64,000 nt of DNA from an uncultured delta proteobacterium (GCA_963827685.1 CAWHBU010000005.1:256001-320000), one strand, 5' to 3'; counted from the first letter of the stretch, positions 41,542-50,825 are shown. Program-made: numbers and translations. The notes: generated by a model not told the origin, from the letters alone.

Positions 41542-41599
41542 AGGACCAAAGGCTATTACAACTTACTTAAGTTTAAAAGAAGAAAGGAGGTGAGTTGTA

Positions 41600-41803
41600 G
41601 TGGCCAAAGGTCGTGTAAAATGGTTTAATGAGAAAAAGGGCTATGGATTCATTTCCAGAGACGACGGAAATGATGTCTTCGTACACTTCTCTGCCATTAA
41701 GAGAGATGGGTTTAAATCCCTCTATGAAGGCGATGAGGTAGAGTTCGAGGTTTCCGATGGTCCGAAAGGCCCACAGGCAACCAACGTTGTCGTAGTGAGC
41801 TAG
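41600..41803 (+). CDS. cspA: Cold-shock protein
   Basis: VKWFN..KGYGFI, VFVHFS, GPKGPQA; SD AGGAGG. Confidence 0.93.
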   Translation: MAKGRVKWFNEKKGYGFISRDDGNDVFVHFSAIKRDGFKSLYEGDEVEFEVSDGPKGPQATNVVVVS

Positions 41804-41832
41804 ATAGAATTTCGTTAAACTGAAAGAGAAAG

Positions 41833-41866
41833 AAGACCCCAGGTTTTTCAACTGGGGTCTTTTTTT
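41833..41866 (+). terminator. Rho-independent terminator
   Basis: aagaccccag / ctggggtctt + T-run. Confidence 0.85.
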
Positions 41867-42239
41867 ATCCCGCTTTCCGTCGTCCGGCACAATGTTGGAA
41901 ACCCGATTGAACTAACGAGTCCAAGCTAAATTGTTTTTATTTCGTGAGTACGGTCTTTTTCTTCATAAAATACAGTGCTCACCTTATTTTCTTTTAGCGA
42001 GATGGTTATTTAAATTAATACTAAAATCATTCTGTTTTCCAGATGAAGATCCGGAAGTCATTTAAAGGGCAGCTACGATCTATAAGAAATTCTATGATCC
42101 GTTTTACAACCATTTTTTTAGGATAGAATTGTATCTCTTGCGCAGAACTGGTTGAAGATGTGGTTTTGGAGAATCGACGCTTTATAAGAGCAGGACGAAG
42201 GGAAAAACACACGAAATGGGAAAAGGCAGGAGGACTGGT

Positions 42240-42404
42240 ATGGACAAAAGTTTTAATCCGGAAAAATACGGCATGGTGTTCTGCCCGGATTGTAAGGGGA
42301 AAGGTAGGTTACCCCAAAACCCTAAAGGTTCTAATGTCTGCTCAAGATGTGGAGGTAGCGGGCTTGTTATAAAAGAAAAGGAAACTTCTGAAGAACATAG
42401 ATAA
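42240..42404 (+). CDS. Small DnaJ-type zinc-finger protein
   Basis: CPDCKGKG and CSRCGGSG; SD GGAGG. Confidence 0.65.
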   Translation: MDKSFNPEKYGMVFCPDCKGKGRLPQNPKGSNVCSRCGGSGLVIKEKETSEEHR

Positions 42405-42443
42405 TAAACCGATTCTTACTGAGTCCAGTAATAAATTAGAAAT

Positions 42444-42626
42444 CTACACATCCACCTTTATAAAATAGATATTCTCGATATCTGCATTATTGCCTAAAAT
42501 CTTTATCACCCAATTCATAATAGATTCACCGCTTATTCTTTCTGGATTTGTCCTTCTCTCTGGCAGTATCCCAAATAAATGGGGTTGCCCGATTTTGTCA
42601 CATTGATAAAATTCATATGCAATCAT
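42444..42626 (-). CDS. Small hypothetical protein
   Basis: MIAYEFY...GILPERR..PERI; SD GGAG; sigma54 motif upstream. Confidence 0.55.
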   Translation of the reverse strand: MIAYEFYQCDKIGQPHLFGILPERRTNPERISGESIMNWVIKILGNNADIENIYFIKVDV

Positions 42627-42762
42627 CGTTACTCCGTTTTACCTTGTTCTCTGAAGGAAATAACGATCAATTCACGGCTCAAAAAAATATTTTTTGAAAC
42701 ACTTTCACTATCGGTAGCCTGCAAATCCTGCCAACAGAAAAACACCCATTTGTGTTAAAATC

Positions 42763-42778
42763 AGCAAAATTGGTGCCA
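42763..42778 (-). promoter_or_regulatory. Sigma54 -24/-12 promoter
   Basis: TGGCACCAATTTTGCT on the minus strand (GG-N10-GC). Confidence 0.6.
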
Positions 42779-43024
42779 AATAGTGTCAAACACTGTAAAA
42801 TGCTGTAACACAACGATAACTCAGGTTTTCCTCAGACTCCCATCATTTTAAGGAAAATTAGAAATGGAAAGAATATTCATAAAATGTGAAAAGTCTTCCC
42901 TATTTTTTCCACAGAGTCAAAAAAATCCCTGATAAAAAGGATGAAATATGGACGGAATGCTCTTCTAACTCTCAAATAAAATTCTAAGAAAATGGGGCAG
43001 TCCCCCGCCTCATGAATAGAAGGT

Positions 43025-43287
43025 GGCATTAAGTCTGCATGCATTCTTAAGACGCATGGGGGATATCCCGGTATTGTTGACGGGATTAAGAACAAGGAAA
43101 TCCAACTGGTCATCGTGGTAAACCAAGTATCTACGACAAGTCCTATATCCGCAAAGCTGCCATTAAATTTAAGATCCCTTACATCACCACGTTAGCCGCG
43201 GCCATTGCTGCGGCTAAAGGCATTGCGGCCTACCGGCATGGAAAGGGCAGTGTCCGCTCCCTGCAAGACTACCATGGGGATATCTAA
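43025..43287 (+). pseudogene. carB: Fragment of carbamoyl-phosphate synthase large subunit (C-terminal MGS domain)
   Basis: Manual translation ...IVDGIKNKEIQLVI / GKPSIYDKSYIRKAAIKFKIPYITTLAAAIAAAKGI...VRSLQDYH*. Confidence 0.75.
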
Positions 43288-43487
43288 TAGGATTAGGGGG
43301 CTGGCTCGGTGTTAGATTAGATCTTTTTCACACAGGCCAGCACTCAAAGTGTAATACTCATGATATTTTCTATCGGCATTTTAGTAAGAAATTTTCGCTT
43401 GTAGTATTTGATTGGTATTTAAAATCCTGAGAATTAGTATTTTAAGTACTAATTTATTTAAACGATTTTGTTAATAAACATCTTCGA

Positions 43488-43650
43488 CTAGTGTGGCGTC
43501 TCAGAAATTCGAAGAATAAGTCCAGGGCCAAATCGGCCTCCCTAATAGACATGAAAAATAAAAACTTCTGTATAGTCAAGCAGTTGAAAAGGCAAAACTC
43601 AGCAAGATCCGGCGCGACTTATTCAATTTATTTGTAAGACGCGACGCTAG
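43488..43650. mobile_element. Putative MITE bounded by CTAG and imperfect terminal inverted repeats
   Basis: ctagtgtggcgtctcagaaat...gaataagtc / gacttattc...atttgtaagacgcgacgctag. Confidence 0.5.
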
Positions 43651-43773
43651 ATAGGATAAGTGAAGAGTTGAAGCAAGGAGTCAAATATGTTGGTTGGTAA
43701 AACAGATAGCGGATAATTAACTGAAATGTTTGGTAAGTTTTGTATTTATATCTTCTAATAACAAGGTTAACTT

Positions 43774-44955
43774 TTATGCTTTCCCCTGAGACTTCAGATA
43801 GTCTTTCCAGAAGGGTGAGATATCCCTCAACCTCTGAATAATCGGGGGAAGATGTTCGATGATATAATCCATCTCCTCTTTGGTGTTATAGACAGAAAGA
43901 CTAAACCGAATCGACCCATGAGCGGCCGTGAAAGGAACACCCATGGCCCGGAGGACGTGTGAAGGCTCCAATGAACCGGAGGTGCAGGCCGACCCCGAAG
44001 AAGCGCAGATACCGAGATCGGAAAGCAGGAGGAGAATCGATTCTCCTTCCACAAACTCAAAACTGAGGCTCACCGTGTTGGGAAGCCGATGGACCCGATC
44101 CCCATTGATTAGGGTATTTGGAATCTTTTCCAAAAGCTTCGCTTCGAGATAATCGCTCAAGGCCTTGACCCTTGTGTTCTCTTCATCAAGGTGCTTTTTG
44201 GCCACCTCGCAGGCCTTCCCAAGGCCGATGATGTATGGGACATTCTCTGTCCCTCCCCTTCTCCCTTTCTCCTGGTGGCCACCAATCAAGAATGGAGAAA
44301 ATTTAGTTCCTTTTCGGATGTAGAGTACCCCGATCCCTTTGGGCGCATGAAGTTTGTGGCCGGAAATGGAAAGCATATCCAGCTTCGATTTTTTCATATT
44401 GAGAGGGATCTTCCCTGCTGCCTGAACTGCATCGGTGTGGAAAGAAATTCCCCTCGCCTTTACAATCTCACCAATTTCTTCAATAGGAAAGATCACCCCG
44501 GTTTCATTATTGGCATACATGATGGTGACCAGAGCCGTCTCTTCGGTGAATGACTCTCTCAATTCATCCAGGTCTAACCGTCCCTCTCGATCTACAGAAA
44601 GTTCCGTGATGCGGTAGCCTTTTCTACCTAAATAGGTAGAGACATTTCCAACAGCAGGATGTTCCACCCGGGTAGAGATGAGGTGTCGCTTTTCCGGAAA
44701 GGAATCGAGTGTTCCTAATATGGCTGCATTATCACTCTCTGTTCCACAACTGGTGAAGACGATCTCTGAAGGCTCTGCTCCTAAAAAATCTGCCACCTTC
44801 GCCCTTGCCTCATCCACCTTTTTTTGAACCTGCCCTCCGAAGAAATGCATGCTCGAGGGATTTCCATAATACTCAGAAAAGTAAGGCAGCATCACTTCAA
44901 AGACCTCTGGAGCCACTTTTGTCGTCGCATTATTATCCACATAAACGGTCTTCAC
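43774..44955 (-). CDS. nifS: Cysteine desulfurase NifS
   Basis: YVDNNATT, SGHKLHAPKG, SSGSACTSGS. Confidence 0.95.
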   Translation of the reverse strand: MKTVYVDNNATTKVAPEVFEVMLPYFSEYYGNPSSMHFFGGQVQKKVDEARAKVADFLGAEPSEIVFTSCGTESDNAAILGTLDSFPEKRHLISTRVEHPAVGNVSTYLGRKGYRITELSVDREGRLDLDELRESFTEETALVTIMYANNETGVIFPIEEIGEIVKARGISFHTDAVQAAGKIPLNMKKSKLDMLSISGHKLHAPKGIGVLYIRKGTKFSPFLIGGHQEKGRRGGTENVPYIIGLGKACEVAKKHLDEENTRVKALSDYLEAKLLEKIPNTLINGDRVHRLPNTVSLSFEFVEGESILLLLSDLGICASSGSACTSGSLEPSHVLRAMGVPFTAAHGSIRFSLSVYNTKEEMDYIIEHLPPIIQRLRDISPFWKDYLKSQGKA

Positions 44956-45794
44956 GGCCTGACCTCCTCCACTTCAATATCATCGCTGACAAATTCCCTT
45001 AGCTTCGATTCGACATACTGCTTTAAAGTAAACTCAGAGCTGGGGCAGAAGGAACACTTTCCCCTCAATGCCACCAAGACCTTGTTGCCCTCAATATCGA
45101 TTAGATCTAAATCTCCTCCATCCGCCTTCAAGGCCGGAATAATTTCTCTTCCTAATGTCTCTTCGATCAATTTGATTTTCTGAATGTTCGTCAACTTCTT
45201 TTTCTCTGGCTTGGGAGGAGGTGCCCCTTTCTCCATTTCCTTTCTTACTTTTTCAATGATGGCCTCAATCTTTGGATGGCACTGACCACATCCTCCACCC
45301 GCTTTGGTATAGTAGGTCACCTGTTCCACTGTCTTGAGATCGTTCTCACGGACCGCCTTGATAATCTCTCTATCCGTCACACCGAAGCAGTTGCAGATCA
45401 CCTCGAAATCTTCTTTCGTTACTTTCTGCCCGCGATAATTGGCAATCGCAGCATCGAGAGCTTCTCTTCCCATCACCGAGCAGTGCATCTTTTCTTCGGG
45501 AAGTCCTCCCAGATAATTAGCAATATCCTGATTGGTGATCTTCGCTGCTTCATCAAGGGTCTTCCCCTTGATGATCTCTGTCAAGGCAGAAGAGGAAGCA
45601 ATGGCACTGGCGCAGCCAAAGGTCTTGAATTTTACATCTTTAATCCGTTTCTTCTCATCCAATTTGAAGGTGAGCCTCAAAGCATCCCCGCATGCCAGCG
45701 ACCCGACCTCACCCGCTCCGTCTGGATTCTCAATCTCTCCGACATTCCTTGGATTAAGAAAATGGTCTTTTACCTTTTCTGTATAATCCCACAT
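44952..45794 (-). CDS. nifU: Fe-S cluster scaffold NifU (IscU + BFD-like + Nfu domains)
   Basis: CGD, FGC, KMHCS; CNC...CGQC; DGGD...CSFC. Confidence 0.95.
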   Translation of the reverse strand: MWDYTEKVKDHFLNPRNVGEIENPDGAGEVGSLACGDALRLTFKLDEKKRIKDVKFKTFGCASAIASSSALTEIIKGKTLDEAAKITNQDIANYLGGLPEEKMHCSVMGREALDAAIANYRGQKVTKEDFEVICNCFGVTDREIIKAVRENDLKTVEQVTYYTKAGGGCGQCHPKIEAIIEKVRKEMEKGAPPPKPEKKKLTNIQKIKLIEETLGREIIPALKADGGDLDLIDIEGNKVLVALRGKCSFCPSSEFTLKQYVESKLREFVSDDIEVEEVRP

Positions 45795-45967
45795 AGAAAA
45801 CCCCCGGTAGTTTTATAATTCATTATAAATTTAACCCCTCTCCACCGTCAACTCTTTTCTCAACTAACTCAGAGGTTCTCGAAGCGGAACAAAGATTCTT
45901 GAACTCCGTCGTCCCCTGGACGGGGGGCAGTACAGCGTTTCAATTCCAGGAACCGCTGTCAAATCGT

Positions 45968-46043
45968 CGTCTAGTTCACCGGCGTTTTGCGAGGGGGACT
46001 TTGCTCTCTTGTTAAACGGTCCGGGTTGAATGGTTCGTTAGGC
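45968..46043 (-). other. Degenerate attC-like remnant
   Basis: Directly after the methyltransferase stop: GCCTAAC gaacca TTCAA cccgg ... ccgg TGAA ctagacg; R' box missing. Confidence 0.4.
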
Positions 46044-46047
46044 AGCC

Positions 46048-46788
46048 TCATTTATGCGCTGCTTTGACTTCGGAAGGAAAGAGCATTTGTTGGGAGTATT
46101 CCCTCGCTTCTACCTTGAACCCGTGCCGTTTCAACCTGTCCGTCAATTGGACCCCGCGGCACCCGCCCATCGCCTTGGGTGACAATTTGTAGATGAAGTC
46201 ATACAGCTTGCTGCCGGGCCTTTCGCCTTCGGTCATGCTGACCAATATCAGCCTGCCGCCCTTTTTCAAGACCCGCTTGAACTCCTCCACCACCTTGTCC
46301 ATGTCAGCATAACGGATCAGGTCGAACATGTAATTGTTCATCAACAAATCGACAGACTCGTTCTCCATTGGAAGATCAAACGCGGTTCCGGTGCGGAGGA
46401 CGTAATGGGCTCCTGCCAACTTACTCAACCGCTTTCTCGCCTTATCCAGCATTCCTTCGGATAGGTCGATGCCGACATTCTGACCATGAGGATTTCTTTT
46501 CACGATTTCATAAAAGGCGATCCCCGTGCCGACGGCCACTTCCAGAATATTTTGCCCATCTTTGATTGCCGCCAGTTCAATTGCCCGACTTCTTGCGCGA
46601 GACTCCGTCAGTCTTCCCCAGATGTCGTAAATGCGAGACAGTTTGTCATACACAGGTCCAATTTCGTCTTGAGAAACTCTTGCGTCTAGTTTTCCTTCTG
46701 ATGGATGGCGGGCGCTGCTGAAACAAGAAATTCCACAGCAGGAAAATGATCGCTTCATGATTTCACTCCTTTTCCGTTCTATGGCCAA
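46048..46788 (-). CDS. Class I SAM methyltransferase (UbiE-like); start uncertain
   Basis: ILEVAVGTG, GIDLSEGML, RVLKKGG. Confidence 0.8.
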   Translation of the reverse strand: MAIERKRSEIMKRSFSCCGISCFSSARHPSEGKLDARVSQDEIGPVYDKLSRIYDIWGRLTESRARSRAIELAAIKDGQNILEVAVGTGIAFYEIVKRNPHGQNVGIDLSEGMLDKARKRLSKLAGAHYVLRTGTAFDLPMENESVDLLMNNYMFDLIRYADMDKVVEEFKRVLKKGGRLILVSMTEGERPGSKLYDFIYKLSPKAMGGCRGVQLTDRLKRHGFKVEAREYSQQMLFPSEVKAAHK

Positions 46789-46815
46789 TATTGATCTTTG
46801 ACCCTTTTTCTCTCT

Positions 46816-47653
46816 TTAGCTCATTGCAGGTTTAATTGCTGAGACCTTAATACTGACCACCGAGTTCGCCAAATCCTCGGCTTTTTCACGGGAAAGCTTC
46901 AAATTTTTTGCAACCTCTCTGGCTGTCGGGTCATTGACCAGGAGGTCGACAGAAAAAGTGGCCTCGCCCAAGACGTTGGTCTCCTCAAATCCCGCTGCCC
47001 GGATCGCTTCCAGGTAATCCTTTTTGCCTAGTAGCACCCGCCACACAGCCAATGTAGGCTACTACGGAATTCCTGATTTCCTCGGGCAGCTCTTTGAGCA
47101 GCACAATATCAGAGACCATCAAGCTTCCACCCGGCCTAAGGACGCGAAAGGCTTCCTGGAAGACCCTTTTCTTATTCGGGGAAAGATTGATCACGCAACT
47201 AGAGATAATGACATCCACCTGATTGTCACCCACAGGTAAGTTCTCGATCTCTCCCAGTCTGAATTCCACATTGTCATAATTGCCCTTCCGGGCATTCTCT
47301 CTGGCTCGGTCAAGCATCTCCGCAGTCATATCCACCCCGATGACTTTCCCCGTCTTGCCTACCTGGTTGGCAGCGAGAAAACAATCAAAACCCGCGCCCG
47401 AACCCAGATCGAGGACCACCTCCCCTTCCTTTAATGACGCGAGAGCTATTGGATTGCCGCATCCGAGACCCAAATTTGCTCCCTCAGGAACAGCTTTCAA
47501 TTCTTCTTCGCTGTATCCTATCTTTCTACCAATATTCTGTGCTGAATTAGGGCTCCCACAACAGGATTTCTCAGGAGCACAACACGAGCTGTCTTGCTTC
47601 GCAATTTTGCCATAGCCCTCTCTTACGACTTTTCTTATTTCTTCCTTGTCCAT
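46816..47653 (-). CDS. arsM: Arsenite methyltransferase, with a 1-nt frameshift near 47030
   Basis: SCC...[34 protein letters not shown]; C-terminus is in ORF 46816-47052. Confidence 0.88.
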
Positions 47654-47670
47654 TTTCGGTCACCTCCATA

Positions 47671-47964
47671 TTATTTGGTAGCATCGCTTCCTATCACTTC
47701 CTTCATCATCGGACCAAGCAGCCCCTTCACCATGTCTCCGAATTCATCGGCCTTAATCAAAGTCAAGCAGCACACTTTCCCGTCCTTTTCCCAGCCAACA
47801 AGCGCCAACTTATCGCCTGTGTGGATACCGGCTTTATCTCTAACCTCTTTAGGGAGCACCATCTGCCCACGCTCATCGACGCTGACTAGCGCTTCAACCT
47901 TACAGCAACTCATTTTCCCACAGGTAGGTCCGGAGCAGGATGCTTTTCCGGGCTTTTTGACCAT
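47671..47964 (-). CDS. AbrB/MazE-fold regulator with CC pairs (HgcAB-associated HgcC-like family)
   Basis: CCKVEALVSVDERGQMVLPKE...GDKL...VCC; strong SD before ATG 47964. Confidence 0.7.
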   Translation of the reverse strand: MVKKPGKASCSGPTCGKMSCCKVEALVSVDERGQMVLPKEVRDKAGIHTGDKLALVGWEKDGKVCCLTLIKADEFGDMVKGLLGPMMKEVIGSDATK

Positions 47965-48205
47965 ATTTCTCACCTCCTCCATAGTTTTCAGTTTAGTTTA
48001 ATTATTCAAGTAAATCAGATTATGCTGAATAATATAAACAATCAGAATTTGTTTGTCAAGTCTTTTTTTGGAAATATCCGACTCCAGAGCAGGGGAAAGG
48101 AAAGGTATCTTTCTATATACTCAAGACTAAGTCTCAATTAAAGCTTTTTGAAATACCTTGAATCATCTCAAATTTTAGATTACTATTTTGGCGAAAGGTA
48201 ATCGG

Positions 48206-48370
48206 ATGACATTAGATAAAGAGTCTTTGACCGATCTGATCTGTAAACGCTGCGATTTCTACAAAGAATCCGAAAAGGATCTGGAATGCGGGGCCTACAA
48301 GATCCTTAAACGGCTTTTGGAAAAGAAGATCATCACCCCTGAAGAGATTTCCGATGCCCTTCGAGAATAA
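48206..48370 (+). CDS. Small Cys-containing hypothetical protein, first gene of the radical SAM operon
   Basis: ICKRCDFYKE...LECGAY; 3' end overlaps the radical SAM start. Confidence 0.65.
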   Translation: MTLDKESLTDLICKRCDFYKESEKDLECGAYKILKRLLEKKIITPEEISDALRE

Positions 48371-49521
48371 ATTCATCATCCTGACCCCTCACTCCGTTTT
48401 GAAAAACCTCGAAGAACCCTACCTCTACGATATCGAGAAAGACGACCTTTACGAACTGAACGCGGATGCCCATCAATTTCTCCTCAAAATCTGCCAGGGC
48501 ATCAATCCGCCTATCCGAAAAGAGGATGAGGAATTTATCCGATTCTGTCTCTCCGAGAATTTGATCGCTTTCTCCGAAACCCCTCTCCAGAGAAAGGTGT
48601 CTCTGAATCCTTCTCCGACCCCCTCGCTCCGTTATCTTGAGCTCCAGATTACAGACCGATGCAATCTCCAATGCCGCCACTGTTATATCGGAGAAGGTTC
48701 TCATCAGGATCTTTCTAAAAAACAGATTCAAAGAGTGTTGGAAGAATTTGAAGAGATCCAAGGGTTGAGGCTCCTCATTTCTGGAGGGGAACCTCTACTC
48801 CACCCTCATTTTTGGGAGATCAATGACATCCTGCGAAACTATGCCTTCCGATCTGTCCTCCTTTCCAATGGCACGCTGATTACTAAAGAGGTCGCCAAAA
48901 AGCTCCGCGTCCAAGAGGTCCAGATCAGTCTCGATGGAATGAAAGAGGGTCATGAATCACTTCGAGGAAAAGGCATCTTCGGAAAAAACGATGGCGGCCA
49001 TTGACCACCTGCAACAGGCTAACTTTCGGGTCTCTGTAGCCACGATGATTCATCGTAGAAATCTATCTGAGTTCGACCAGCTTGCCTATCTCCTTCAATC
49101 AAAAAATATTGAGGAGTGGAATGTTGATGTCCCTTGTTTAGAAGGGAGACTAAAGTCAAATCAGGATTTTTCGGTTTCTCCCTCGGAGGCAAGCCGGTTT
49201 CTCAGTTATGGCTTTGGAGGGGGATTTCACGGTGCAACAAAAAATTCTACTTGCGGAGCGCATCTTTGTGCTATAATTCCAAATGGGACTGTTTGTAAGT
49301 GTGGACTCTTTAGCGATGAACCCGTGGGATCGATCGAGGAGGGTCTTCGGACCTGTTGGGCACGAATTCCTCGAATTGCCTTGAAAGACCTCACCTGCAA
49401 ATGTCCTGTGACGGAAGAGTGCCGAGGGGGATGTCGGTACCGGGCGAAAATTCAAGGTGATTTATTTCAACCCGACCTCTTTCAATGTTACGCAAGGGGT
49501 GTTTTGAAAGGAGGTGAATGA
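48354..49521 (+). CDS. Radical SAM/SPASM peptide maturase with N-terminal PqqD/RRE-like domain; 1-nt frameshift at about 48981
   Basis: YLYDIEKDDLYELN...FLL RRE-like region; CNLQCRHC; SGGEPL; SPASM C...GTVCKC...CKC....ECRGGC...C; removing one G restores FEKTMAAI (about 388 aa). Confidence 0.85.
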
Positions 49522-49522
49522 C

Positions 49523-49585
49523 ATGACCATCAAGAAGGTGGCCAAAAAATTCTCCGGTCTCTGCAAATGTAAAGCATCTTGCTAA
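49523..49585 (+). CDS. Putative RiPP precursor peptide MTIKKVAKKFSGLCKCKASC (20 aa; absent from the ORF track)
   Basis: Perfect SD AAGGAGGTGA (49508-49517); ATG 1 nt after the rSAM stop; Cys-rich C-terminus; strong hairpin downstream. Confidence 0.75.
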   Translation: MTIKKVAKKFSGLCKCKASC

Positions 49586-49595
49586 GCTATCAATC

Positions 49596-49624
49596 GGGCT
49601 CCTTCCCAAGAAGGGAGGGAGCCC
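49596..49624 (+). terminator. Strong stem-loop after the precursor peptide
   Basis: gggctccttccc-aagaa-gggagggagccc. Confidence 0.65.
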
Positions 49625-49651
49625 CTATTCAACAAGTTAAATAATCCGCCC

Positions 49652-49684
49652 AAAAAAGGACAGGTCCTGAGACCTGTTTTTTTA
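49652..49684 (+). terminator. Rho-independent terminator, probably bidirectional
   Basis: aaaaaaggacaggtc-ctga-gacctgttttttt. Confidence 0.7.
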
Positions 49685-49699
49685 TTTCGTGATGATAGA

Positions 49700-49845
49700 A
49701 GGATTCCAGGATACAAGGGGTTAAGGATTCAAGTGGTACAAATTGATGACGGAGACAACAATCTTACTGATAAAAGAATAAAAATGGTTACGAGGTCAAT
49801 AGCATTTCGCCTCAACCCTTGAATCCTCGAATCCTTGAACCCTTT
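49700..49845. repeat. Inverted pair of 8-nt tandem arrays (aggattcc / gaatcctt)
   Basis: aggattccaggatacaaggggttaaggattcaag ... cccttgaatcctcgaatccttgaaccc. Confidence 0.6.
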
Positions 49846-49880
49846 CTCCCAATTAATTGGCAGAAAAGCGATATTAAAGA

Positions 49881-50816
49881 ATGTATATCGGAATCGATTT
49901 TCTTATCACTTCCGAATTAAAACTCTATCTGGTGGAAGTGAATGTGGGTCTCCCCGGAGGAGCCCATGAATATCATCTTACCCATCTGGTCCATTTCGGA
50001 AAGCCCTCAGATATTTTTGGGCGGATCGAAGGGACCTCGCAAAAAGTTTACGGAAAGACTTTCAAGGATTACCTTCATTCCCTTCCCTTTATTGAAGCTC
50101 TAAAACCCTTTAAGATATGGATGGACGGAATGGGCCCCTTTCCAGAAACCTTCCATCCCGGATTGAGGCTTGAGGATAAATGGAATCAATACCAATTGCT
50201 CAAGTCCATCGCGCCCATGCCTGAGACGATGGCTTTCGACCCGGAAGACCGGGTGGAAGCTAACCGATTTATTGAGCGAACGAGGAAAGCAGTTTTGAAA
50301 CGTCGGGTTGGAAGGGGTGGAAGGGATTTGCAGGTGATCTCTGAACCGTCGTCTTTGTTGAAATCAAATCTTCTATCAAACCACTATCTCCTCCAAGAAT
50401 ATGTCGAAAGCAAGATCGACGGATATAGTTTATCCATCCGCTCGGTTGCCTTTGGCGGAGAGTTTATGTGCATGTATGCCAACCTTTCCCCAAGATCCAC
50501 CTCCAATCATGGGATATTGACCTTTGTCTCATCTGGGAATCTATTCGGACTAAACGCAATGGGGTTCAAGACTGAATCATTCAATCAGAAATCATGGGAA
50601 GCAGAGATATGGTTTGGTGAAAATGAACCTCAATACCTGAGACATAACCTATACGAAGAAGAGGTCGCCAAGGCAACCCTCATCATTCCCGAGCCTTTTT
50701 TAAGAACGATCATGGAATTATCTGTAAAGATAGAAAGACTTTATGATGGATTAGATCTTTTTGCCCTTCCAAAAGCATGCTTCGAAGAGCAACCGGGCCG
50801 TTCCCTCTCCAGATAA
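49881..50816 (+). CDS. Circularly permuted ATP-grasp ligase-like protein
   Basis: GIDF...LVEVN at the N-terminus precedes DKW...PET, VLK..VGRGG, LLQEYV and SIR motifs. Confidence 0.7.
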   Translation: MYIGIDFLITSELKLYLVEVNVGLPGGAHEYHLTHLVHFGKPSDIFGRIEGTSQKVYGKTFKDYLHSLPFIEALKPFKIWMDGMGPFPETFHPGLRLEDKWNQYQLLKSIAPMPETMAFDPEDRVEANRFIERTRKAVLKRRVGRGGRDLQVISEPSSLLKSNLLSNHYLLQEYVESKIDGYSLSIRSVAFGGEFMCMYANLSPRSTSNHGILTFVSSGNLFGLNAMGFKTESFNQKSWEAEIWFGENEPQYLRHNLYEEEVAKATLIIPEPFLRTIMELSVKIERLYDGLDLFALPKACFEEQPGRSLSR

Positions 50817-50825
50817 TTAAAGTGA

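Noticed and set aside
43774-45794. nifS/nifU as evidence of nitrogen fixation
   Set aside because: No nitrogenase genes are in the window; NIF-type systems serve general Fe-S assembly in many anaerobes.
47671-47964. Mercury methylation capacity
   Set aside because: No hgcA cap-helix motif or hgcB ferredoxin gene is in the window.
191-49521. Single-base frameshifts in GT4, TonB-like, rbsK, dctP, arsM and the rSAM read as programmed frameshifting or true pseudogenes
   Set aside because: They are scattered over unrelated and otherwise intact genes, mostly at short homopolymers, with no shared slippery motif. Long-read indel errors are the simplest explanation; the reads would settle it.
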